Source: Eledone cirrhosa
Taxonomy: Eukaryota
NCBI GenBank assembly: GCA_964016885.1
Contig: OZ024741.1
Coordinates: 357,802,001-357,866,000 of the forward strand
Direction: 5' to 3'
DNA length: 64,000 nucleotides
The translations under genes were made by a program, and so were the position numbers. This document shows positions 39,990-51,200 of this stretch, one piece after another (position 1 is the first letter of the stretch; each line of letters starts with the position of its first letter). The notes beneath the pieces are model-generated. The model made no database searches and was not told where the DNA came from. It was given only the letters and a program-made list of their open reading frames with translations.

Positions 39990-40440
39990 AGCAGGGGCTC
40001 TAGAACAAGCTTCTCCATTTTGCCTTATCCCATCCTCCAGATTCTGATTTCTCCCCACCATTTTTAGCCATGTCTTTTTTGGTTTTCCCCTTTCCTCACT
40101 CTTCTCAGCCATTTACTTTCATTCTACATCAACACATGACCCAACCATCTCATTCCATTTATCTGCAGAACATTCATCACAGGTTCTATTCCTATCATCA
40201 GTGTTTGTCTTCTTCATTCTCAGTAATACATTGTTCCTCCACTGAACCATTTTCATTTCCGTTCTCTCCAGCTCAATATTCATTACCCGTGTTTTATAAC
40301 TGATAAATCATGACACTTCTCACACACAGCATACATCTTTCACTATTACTTTCAGTTTCAACAACATTCCTCTCATAAACATGCCACTCAGCTCTTGGAA
40401 ATTTTTCCATATACCTTTCACTGTAGCAACTGTTACTGAG
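39990..40440 (-). mobile_element. old RTE LINE 3' fragment
   Basis: Reverse-strand homology to the fragment at 20400-20860. Confidence 0.55.
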
Positions 40441-40716
40441 TTCAATCTACTTCCTTTATTCAATAAAGAATAACAATACCCTCCATCATGCATCTACCAT
40501 GTTCTGAACACCTTGCTTCCCTGAGTATGGATACATCGAAGCTCCAACATCTGGCAACTAATTTGGTAAACACCCACAAAATTATTAACCATCTTGCCAA
40601 CAACAACCCTGAACACTTTTTTGAATTCCATATGTCTAACACCCATAGGCAAAATCAGAAAAGAACACAGCTCCCATGACTTTCGGAAACCTTTTTCACA
40701 CTCAGAGCTGCTGAAG

Positions 40717-42224
40717 CATGGAACAAACTACTTACATCAATTGTTAGCTGTCGGGGACACTGCATCCATTAAAACCTCCATGTAACAAACTACCTGAATT
40801 AGCTGTTAGCTGTCGAGACACTGCAATCCTTTAAAACCTCATGGAACAAACTCCCTGCATCAGTTGTTAGCTGTCGAGACACTGCATCCTTTAAAACCTC
40901 CATGGAACAAACTATATGCATCAGATATTAGCTGTCGAGACACTGCATCCTTTAAAACCTCCATGGAACAAACTACCTGCATCAGTTGTTAGCTGTCAAG
41001 ACACTGCATCCTTTAAACCCTCCATGAAACAAACTACCTGCATCAGTTGTTAGCTGTCGAGACACTGCATCCATTAAAACCTCCATGTAACAAACTACCT
41101 GCATTAGCTGTTAGCTGTCGAGACACTGCATCCTTTAAAACCTCCATGTAACAAACTACCTGCATCAGTTGTTAGCTGTCGAGACACTGTATCCTTTAAA
41201 CCCTCCATGAAACAAACTACCCGCATCAGTTGTTAGCTGTCGAGACACTGCATCCTTTAAACCCTCCATGAAACAAACTACCTGCATCAGTTGTTAGCTG
41301 TCGAGACACTGCATCCTATAAACCCTCCATGAAACAAACTACCTGCATCAATTATTAGCTGTCGAGACACTGCATCCTTTAAAACCTCCATGTAACAAAC
41401 TACCTGCATTAGCTGTTAGCTGTCGAGACACTGCATCCTTTAAAACCTCCATGTAACAAACTACCTGCATCAGTTGTTAGCTGTCAAGACACTGCATCCT
41501 TTAAACCCTCTATGAAACAAACTACCCGCATCAGTTGTTAGCTGTCGAGACACTGCATCCTTTAAAACCTCCATGAAACAAACTACCTGCATCAGTTATT
41601 AGCTGTCGAGTACTGCATCCTTTAAAACCTCCATGGAACAAACTAGATGCATCAGATATTAGCTGTCGAGACACTGCATCCTTTAAAACCTCCATGGAAC
41701 AAACTACCTGCATCAGTTGTTAGCTGTCAAGACACTGCATCCTTTAAACCCTCTATGAAACAAACTACCCGCATCAGTTGTTAGCTGTCGAGACACTGCA
41801 TCCTTTAAAACCTCCATGAAACAAACTACCTGCATCAGTTATTAGCTGTCGAGTACTGCATCCTTTAAAACCTCCATGGAACAAACTAGATGCATCAGAT
41901 ATTAGCTGTCGAGACACTGCATCCTTTAAAACCTCCATGGAACAAACTACCTGCATCAGTTGTTAGCTGTCGACACACTGCATCCTATAAACCCTCCATG
42001 AAACAAACTACCTGCATCAATTATTAGCTGTCGAGACACTGCATCCTTTAAAACCTCCATGGAACAAACTACCTGCATCAGCTGTTAGCCGTCGAGACAC
42101 TGGATCCTTTAAAACCTCCACGGAACAAACTACCTGCCTCAGTTTTTTGCTGTCGAGACACTGCATCCTTTAAAACCTCCATGGAACAAACTACCTGCAT
42201 CAGCTGTTAGCTGTCGAGACACTG
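40717..42224. repeat. 61-bp tandem satellite, about 25 copies visible
   Basis: Unit catggaacaaactacctgcatcagttgttagctgtcgagacactgcatcctttaaaacctc; the array runs into the assembly gap. Confidence 0.97.
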
Positions 42225-42424
42225 NNNNNNNNNNNNNNNNNNNNNNNNNNNNNNNNNNNNNNNNNNNNNNNNNNNNNNNNNNNNNNNNNNNNNNNNNNNN
42301 NNNNNNNNNNNNNNNNNNNNNNNNNNNNNNNNNNNNNNNNNNNNNNNNNNNNNNNNNNNNNNNNNNNNNNNNNNNNNNNNNNNNNNNNNNNNNNNNNNNN
42401 NNNNNNNNNNNNNNNNNNNNNNNN
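42225..42424. other. assembly gap (200 N)
   Basis: Run of n within the satellite. Confidence 1.
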
Positions 42425-42688
42425 CCTTCAAAACTTCCATGCTTCCCAAAATTTGCCAACACTACACCTGATATTCCCCCTTCATACACACGCACACATG
42501 TATCTGTGTATATATCATGACTCATACACTGTTCATTTTCCTGACATTTGTACATTATTCTATGTACTATACATGCACCTTTGATGAGTTGTAGTGCACT
42601 GTACACAATAATTTTCATTATTATTATACAAACAACAGTTCGATTATTTTAAATTAATGGTTGAATAATATAAAAACTTTCTATTTAC

Positions 42689-42884
42689 CCTCGAATGGGA
42701 TCAAGACATATAGCTCTTGGTTCAGCCAATCCTTCTGATATAAGCACCTTACGAGATGTTCCATTCAAACGACAAACTTCAATGCGGTCAGTCCCAGTGT
42801 CAGTCCAGTACAAATTACGCCCTATCCAATCGACTGCAACACCATCGGGATGTTTAACTTCGGTGCTTACGACTATTTCTTGAC
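42689..42884 (-). CDS. LRP6: LRP5/6 exon (propeller 2)
   Basis: 196 nt, phase 1-2; [66 protein letters not shown]. Confidence 0.96.
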
Positions 42885-43506
42885 CTGATCAAATTGCAAG
42901 AATTTCAGATTGGAAAAAACATTATTTTTTTTAATTATTGATTAAAAAATATAAAACTTTCATAATTAAAGAATATACAAATAAATTTAATAACAAAAGA
43001 ATAATTAAACAATAAGAATAATAATTAAATAAAAAAAAAACCTGTCTAATTATTTTTATCCCTTTTCTTGTAACCCCACTACATACACATCATTGTAATA
43101 TTTTTCTGCAAAGTTGACCTCATGATTTGAAGTCAGAATGTAAAAGGCCATAACTAAATACCACAAGGTATTCTGCCAATCCACCAGCCAAATCTATCTA
43201 TTGATTGTAAAGCATTCATTTATCCATCTGTTACACAGACGCTTCAATCTGATAAAATGGCTCTAATATGTAAAATTCATGAAACAGTTAAAAGATGAAG
43301 GAAGAGGGTAAATGTTCTAAATTACTTTCATTTATGTCAGAAGTCAGCATTCTCTCCCAAGGTTGTCGCGTATGAATGTACACACATGCATAAGGCATTG
43401 GTCAACCTAAGGTTACAATAAGAAACACTAGTCCAAAATGCCATGCAACAGGATTGAACTCAGAATTATGTGATTGGGAAATGAATTTTTTAATCACACA
43501 GCCAAT

Positions 43507-46500
43507 GACACCATTAAACTCAGACTAGTCCTGAATAAGACAATTACCACAATAATATCAGCTTACGCACCCCAATCGGGGCTGCCAGACGAACTTAAGG
43601 ATAGGTTTTACGAGTCCCTAATACACACTACTGCTCTAACAGACGACAAGGACTTCCTAATCATTGCAGGAGATTTTAACGGACACGTAGGTAAACACTG
43701 CGACGGCTTCAATAGAGTACATGGAGGCCATGGAGTTGGCACAAGGAATGAGGAAGGATTCAGACTTCTAGAATTCTGCGACGCCAATGACATGTCGATA
43801 TGTAACACAAACTTTAAAAAACCCGACAACCACCTGATCACCTATAGATCAGGGGAGCACTCTAGTCAGTTAGATTTTATTCTCATCAGAGGACGTGACA
43901 GATGGACGGTCGTAAACACAAAAGCCTTCCCTAGTGAGGAATGTACATCCCAACATAGCTTAGTTGTCAGCGACCTCACGGTCAGAACTAGACGAGCCCT
44001 GAAACAGAGGCCAACCTGGAGAAGAAAGATCTGGAAGCTGAAAGTCCCCTCAACCAGTAACAGATTTAAAGATATTTTACTCAACGCCTACGACAGTAAA
44101 GAAGAACAGATAGAGACATTTAACGTAGAAGAGAACTGGGAGTTCCTAAAAAATAACTTACTAGAGGCGACGGATGAGGTTTGTGGCTGGAGTAAGACCT
44201 CAAGCAGGAGGAGAGTGACTTGGTGGTGGAACAATAAAGTAGATGAAGCAGTCAAGGCCAAGAGACAGGCATGGAAAGAATGGAAGAACGGGGGGAGCAG
44301 GGTACATTACATAGAGACCAAGAGGGAAGCTAGGCGACAAGTATACTTAGCTAGGAGGGAAGCAGAGGATAGAAAATTCAAGCATGTTTTACAACGTGAG
44401 GACCAGAAACAGGAGGTATTCAAGATTGCGAGGCAGTGTGTCAGAGATAGTTGTGATGTCATTGGAGAGAAGTGTATCCGGAATGATAAAGGTGAGCTTG
44501 CCCTCACAAGTGCTGAGAAGAAAGATGCATGGAAGAGTCATTATGATAGATTACTAAATGAGGAGAATGCATGGGAAGAAGAGACCCTACCCCACGTAGA
44601 CCCTATAGAGGGACCAGCAGTACAAGTCAGCGGCAGCGTAGTAAGTAAGGCAATCAGAGATATGAAGATAGGGAAGGCAACCGGTCCATCGGGTATAGCT
44701 GCCGAGATGCTGAAGGCATCTGGGTCTGTAGGTCACACTATAACCACACGTATCGTTAACCAGGTAATACTAGAGGGGGCCATACCAAAAGATTGGTGCA
44801 GTAGCATCATTGTCAACTGCTACAAAGGTAAAGGCGATGCACTAGATAGAGGAAACTATAGAGGTATAAAGTTGATGGACCAGGTCATGAAAGTAACAGA
44901 AAGAGTTATAGCACAGCTGATTAGGGACCGGGTGAATATAGACGAGATGCAATTTGGGTTTGTTCCAGGGAAAGGCACCACTGATGCGCTCTTCCTTGTG
45001 AGGCAATTACAGGAAAAGTACCTAGCTAAAAGTAAGCCACTCTACTTGGCATTTGTCGACCTTGAGAAAGCCTTTGACAGAGTTCCACGTGCAGTAATCT
45101 GGTGGGCTCTTAGAAAACTAGGAGTAGATGAATGGCTTGTGAAAGCGGTACAAGCCATGTATAGGGGAGCAGTCAGCAAAGTTAGGATTGGCAATGAGTA
45201 TAGCGAGGAATTTAGCGTACAGGTTGGGGTCCACCAGGGCTCTGTTCTTAGCCCTCTCCTGTTCATCATAGTCCTGCAGGCAATAACGGAGGAGTTTAAG
45301 ACCGGATGCCCATGGGAACTCCTGTATGCTGATGACCTCGCACTCATAGCTGAATCTATGGTAGAACTAGAGAATAAATTCCAAACCTGGAAGCAGGGAC
45401 TAGAGAGAAAGGGCCTCAAAGTCAACATGACAAAGACTAAGGTCCTTATAAGTAGACGAGAAAACAGAACCCAGATCCCCTCAGGGAAATGGCCTTGCTC
45501 AGTATGTAGGAAAGGTGTAGGTAGGAACTCCATTCTTTGCCCCAAATGCAAACAATGGGTACACAAGAGATGTAGCGGGATCTCAGGAAGCTTAATTAAG
45601 AATGTAGGATTCACATGCAGCAGCTGTGCTGAAACAGCAAGCAAACAGCCACAGGAAACAAGTACCACCAATCTCTGGGAGGGCCCTGTAGAAACAGTAG
45701 ACAGCTTCTGCTACCTAGGTGACCGAATTAGCAACGGAGGTGGGTGCTCAGAAAGTACAATAACTAGGGTAAGAACGGGATGGAAGAAGTTTAGGGAACT
45801 ACTACCACTGCTAGCTGCAAAAGGCTTCTCCCTCAGAATGAAAGGCAGACTGTATGATGCGTGTATCCGAACAGCGATGTTGCATGGTAGTGAGACCTGG
45901 GCGCTGAAGGTGGAAGACTTACGTAGATTAGAGAGAAACGAAGCCTGCATGCTCCGATGGATGTGTAACAGTAATATACGTGAACGACAAAGCATAAATG
46001 AATTGAGAGAGAGACTGAGCATAAGAGGAATCAAATGCTGCGTGCAGGAGAGGCGGTTACGCTGGTATGGACATGTGATGCGTATGAAGGATGACAGCTG
46101 CATAAAAAGGTGCAGAGCACTAGAAGTTGATGGAAACCGCGGAGTGGGGAGACCCAAGATGACTTGGGATGAGGTGATAAAAGCCGACCTTACCCAACTA
46201 CACCTCTCAAAGTCAATGACACACGACCGTGACTTCTGGCGTCACGCAGTAATACAGGGTACCCGACCTCCCATGGGTACATGCTGAAGCATATAAACAA
46301 TATGCCCCCCCCCCCCCCCCCACCGCAAGGTGGTCGTGGAGGTGCCACGGCAAAAAAGCACCCAGCCCACACTGTAAAGTGGACGTGTAGGCGCCACGAA
46401 AAAGCACCCAGCACTCACTGTAAATGAGGTTGGTGTTAGGAAGGGCATCCAGCTGTAGAAATCAAGCCAGATCAGTTCCTGTATGAGCAAGGCATGGTCA

Positions 46501-46593
46501 GCCGACCAGACACTGCCCACAACAGGACAACCCGTCTAACCCATGCTAGCGTGGAAGAACGGACGTAAAACGGTGATGATGATGATGATGATG
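43507..46593 (+). mobile_element. young 5'-truncated RTE-clade LINE (partial APE endonuclease, RT, PHD-like finger)
   Basis: Uninterrupted ORF to 46287: SAYAPQ, GDFNGHVG, SQHSLVV, QFGFVPGKGTTD, FVDLEKAFD, GVHQGSVLSPLLF, LYADD, YLG. (GAT)n tail; agccaat TSD at 43500-43506 and 46594-46600. Confidence 0.95.
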
Positions 46594-47046
46594 AGCCAAT
46601 ATTTGATTTATAATTGTCGTCTTATCTCAGTAGAAAGATAGGAAAGTCCATACAATCAAATTATAATATAAAAATACGTAATCCTTTACCATCCATCTCA
46701 ATAACTATATTAGCTTTTGCATACATTCTATGAAAAAAAACTCATTAAAATCATACAACTCACAGAGTATATATTCCACATCACCATCATTATTGTTTAA
46801 TGTGCACTTTCTCTGCTAGCAAAGGTTGGACGATGATAATGCCATGGTTTTTTAAAAAGTTTTCTGACTGGAAACCTTTCCTAGCATGGACTGGGTGTAT
46901 TTTATGCCACCAGCACTAGAGAGGTTCTCTGACCCCTGTATCAGTTTTTATTCAGAGTAACTGCTCTCCTAAATGGGTTGCTTTCACTATGGCTTACAGA
47001 GCCTAAAATACTTATAAAAGCAATACCAAACTATAAATCCTTTTGG

Positions 47047-47078
<32 letters not shown>

Positions 47079-47799
47079 ACTATAGAAGAAACTTGCTGGA
47101 AACTGCTAAAAAGGTTTATAGTTTCTGATTTAGTCACAAGGCTAACAATTTTTGGGGAAAGGGAAAGTTGATTAAATCAACCCCAGTGTATTAGTGGTGC
47201 TTTATTTATCAACCCTGTAAAGATGAAAGGCAAAGCTAACCTCAGCAGGATTTGAACTCAGAACATAAAGGGGTGTAACTATGCTGCACAACCGATACTG
47301 CCAATCCACTGCCCTTACTACTGATAATAATAATAATAGTAATAGGTACCTTAGGCATAATGAGGAAGGGATGTGAGAAGCATTTTAAGATTCTAGGTGA
47401 ACCATCTCTACAGAAAATTCAAAAATTAGTATGGACTAGCATTGCACACAATGTGAAGAGCCCTCCCAATCTAAATGTGAATTACAGTACATGGAAATCA
47501 CCCACCAGATCTAAATTAGATTAGACTTTATACCGCTACATTTAATATATACTCAAAAGCAAGTTGAGTGTGTTTGTAAAAGGATGCAACTTTGTAAACA
47601 AGGTGTTTTTATGGCACACCTTATGCAGGGGAGTGAAGGCAACTGCTAAGGCAAGAAATTGTATAAAAACCACAAAAGGGATAATAATAATAATGGTTTC
47701 TTTATTAGCCACACAGGGCTCATTATTAAAAAAACAATAAAGGTGGCACTGTGTGGGATTTTTGTTTACAACTAATACTAAAATAAATGAACATTTAAA

Positions 47800-49620
47800 A
47801 AAATCAAACATAACAAATTCCCCGGAGTCACTTGTGGAGAAAGCCCACAAAAAGCCAATCACCCTGACCGCTAGGGCAAGCCCCAGTTGCCCTCCAATCT
47901 ATAGGCGTATACTCAAAGCAAGTCCACTGCCACTCTCACCCACTTTTCAACAAACTGGTTAGAAGGTCGATTTTGTTCTTTAAGTGAAACATGAAAAAGA
48001 TATCAGGGCTTCACTGAAGAGGAAAGTGCTTGTCTTTAACTCTTTCAAATACGTCAACCACATGACCTCTTTCGCCATGGCCACAAGGCAGATAAAAACT
48101 GCCTGTACTTCCTCTCTAGAGGAAGATGGTGGGGGTGATTTTCATAATGGAGTCAGTTGCTAGTCAGACCCCCCTCCTACACGTGACAGTGGGTGTTCAC
48201 CATAAACCCACAAGTCAGCAATACTTGGACACCTGAGTGCATAGAGGATGGTTTCGTTCCCCTGTGCGCAACTTGGACAGACTAGGTTGATGGCACTTCT
48301 ATGCCTGTAGAGTTTATCTCGAACTGGCAAAGCTTCTCAGTAGCTATCCATGGGCCCTGGACCAAAAGACTTCTGGAAAAAGAGTGGTTAGTTGATTTTT
48401 GTTGATGCCCATAGTCTTCCCAAGAATGTTGGTGTTTTTTCCCTGCCACTAACCCTCTATAGAACACCAAGGTGGAGATTCCACTTATTGCACTGCCAAA
48501 TTGCCTGAGGCCTGTGAGAGTTTAAAGACATTACAGTCTACAAGCGCTCCATCTTGGTCTTTGTTTGATCTAGGGCTGCACATCCGTCAAATAGACAAGA
48601 TGGGGGAAAAAATTGTCTAGCGAACAAGGACCACACCTGTTCCCCCATCAAGGAAAAGTTGGAAACGTAGCCTCATTGCATGTTTGTGCATCATCAGCCA
48701 TGGTAAACCTAATCCTCCATGCAGTGGGTATTGACAGCAAATGGACTTCCTGACAAGTGGAACCTGTCCCTTGCACAAAAAGCAAAAAAGTAAACACTTC
48801 ATTACAGTCAGGTGTAGACCAGGACAAAGCACAACGGTCAGGCAGTAGTAGATGATGGATGTGATGTACGTATTCACCACTTCTGCTCAACCTTTCAAGG
48901 ATAGCTTCCTTTTGATTCATTTCTGGACGAGAGAGGCCACCCTGCTTATTACCTCACCCCCGTTTTTGTCCATTAACCATACATGGCTCACATTAAGAAA
49001 ACATGAAGGACAGCACAGGACAGTACAGTGTGGGGTTTAGCATGTAAAAAATGTTTAATAAACACAAGGAATCAAAGAAAAACGTTAAAAAAAAAAAAAT
49101 TCCCCAATAAGAGAGACTTCCGCATGTTATTCATGGAGAAAGCCCACAAAAAGCCACAGTCACCCCGACTGTTAGGGTAAGTGTCTCCTCTCAGTTGTCC
49201 TTCTCCAATCTACAAGCGAACACTCAAAACAGGTCCATTCACTTGGACCATGCTTGCTGCACTCACTCACCTTTCAACAAACTGGTTGAAAGGTAGCACT
49301 TCCCTTATCACTTTGATTTTCCTCTTCAAGTGAAACCTGAAAAAAAATTAATCAGAGCTTCGCAGAAGAAGAAAGTGCTTGTCTTTAACCCATTTAAATG
49401 TGTCCACCACATTACTGCTTTCGCCATAGCCACCAAGCAGATAAAAACTGTCTGCCCTTCCCAGCTAAAGGAAAGTGGCAGAGCAATCTTCATTATAGAT
49501 TCAGCTGATACCCAGATCCATGCTACATGTATGTTACAGCAGGTGTTTGACAGAAACCCACAAGACGGTTTCGTTGCCCTGCACACATCTTGGACAGGCC
49601 CGGCTGACAGCACTTCCATG
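47800..49620 (-). mobile_element. two degraded 3' fragments of a Tx1/L1-like LINE
   Basis: Minus translation CPSCAQGNETILYALRCPSIADLW (zf-RVT-like) and AVFICLVAMAKEVMW. Segments ~47810-48290 and ~49130-49620 are homologous. Confidence 0.6.
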
Positions 49621-50231
49621 TATAATAATGCTTTAAATTGTTTTAGGAAAGCCACTACAATACAAATTAGAACAGGAGTAACGTAAGACAAAACAAAACA
49701 ACAATTTATACTTTTGCCTTATATTTCATGGTTAACACCCTCTTTTTTTAAAGAAATAAAAAATGGAGTGTGGTGATGGTGGAAACTCCCACTTTTACTC
49801 CTTTATCTCTAACTTGTATTGTGCTGGCTTCTGTAAAATAATTTTAACATCATAATATTTTATCTAAACTATACTGATTAATAATAATAATGGGTCATAA
49901 TTTAGCTACAAGGCCAGCAAATAGGGGGAGAAAGTCGATTATATCGACTCGAGTACTTGACTGGTACTTTTATTTTATCAATATCAGAAGGTTGAAGGGC
50001 AAAGTGGACTTTGATGGGATTTAACCATAAATGATATCAAAATCTCATAGATTTGATATTATGTGAGATAAAGTGTTTACCGTGAAAATTACAATAGTAA
50101 ATATAGAGTAATGTAAATACTAAATGGTTAAACTCAGAATGCGAAGCAAGGATAAATGCCTTAAAACTTTTTGTTCAATGCTCTAAGTCTGCCAATTAAC
50201 CACCCTCATATTAATAACATATAATACACAC

Positions 50232-50432
50232 CAGATCCATCCATGTGAGCTCGTCGAATGAGGTGTATATTATCATCAGTCCAGTAAACATAGTCCTCAA
50301 CAGGGTCATAGTCTATAGCAATTGTATGTCGGATATCATTTAACTGAAGAATCACATCAGTGTAATCGGGAGTATCCAGTGATATTCGGCGTAAATCTGA
50401 TCTTCGAGCCAGAAGAAGAATTTCCTTAGGAC
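50232..50432 (-). CDS. LRP6: LRP5/6 exon (start of propeller 2)
   Basis: 201 nt, phase 1-1; [66 protein letters not shown]. Not in the ORF track. Confidence 0.96.
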
Positions 50433-51079
50433 CTAAATATCAAATAGAAAATAACACATTTACATTTTTGAATGTTTTCCATTTAATTTCACCTTTTAAC
50501 ATTTAAACCATATCTGACCAGAATTCTCTTACCTCTTTCTGTTCAAACAACGGTAACTGCCCACTCATAACGAAGTTACGGTATTGTTCTCAAAATAAAT
50601 AACATCAAAATCTCATAGATTCAATATTATGTGAGATAAGCTTTTACCGTGAAAATACAATACTATATATAGAGTAATGTAAATACAATTTACTGATGTT
50701 TATCAATGATCTAATAAATAAATAAAATATTTTAGAAATCTGGGCACTACTGCCCTTAACCTCACTTGACTGACAGCTTCCTTTTTGGGTCTCTAAACTG
50801 CCATTTTCCTCCAAGGAATTAGGAGGAGTGCATCTCACTTGGGGAAGATGGGGCCCCATGAGGTGGTGTGATAGATGCAACAGGTGTCACTGGTTATCTA
50901 CAGCATGCCTCTGTCATTTTACCCACATGAAGTAGCTGAGATATACCACATAGTCTGTGGTGTAGAGGTTGCTATTCCCTCCATTCCATTTTTTCCTTTA
51001 GTTTCACTATTTGATTATATTTTCTTTTTTGTTTATTGCAAACAATTCTATTATTTTGCTTCTTCTGTAAATCATATTC

Positions 51080-51113
<34 letters not shown>

Positions 51114-51200
51114 TAATAAATATATATATATATATATAGATAGATATACACACACATATATTATTACAAACATAAACATACATATATACAAAAACACACA

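Larger units (their letters stand above)
40470..42627 (+). mobile_element. CR1 3' fragment containing an internal tandem expansion
   Basis: CR1 ORF end at 40470-40716, then the array and the gap. Native sequence resumes at 42425 through the stop, 3' UTR and ATT tail. Confidence 0.9.

Noticed and set aside
40717-42224. CRISPR-like array
   Set aside because: Units are contiguous with no unique spacers, derive from CR1, and there are no cas genes; the locus is eukaryotic.
43474-43506. ORF-track start of the 937-aa RTE protein
   Set aside because: These codons lie in flanking SINE/TSD sequence (TTG start); the element is 5'-truncated at ~43507.
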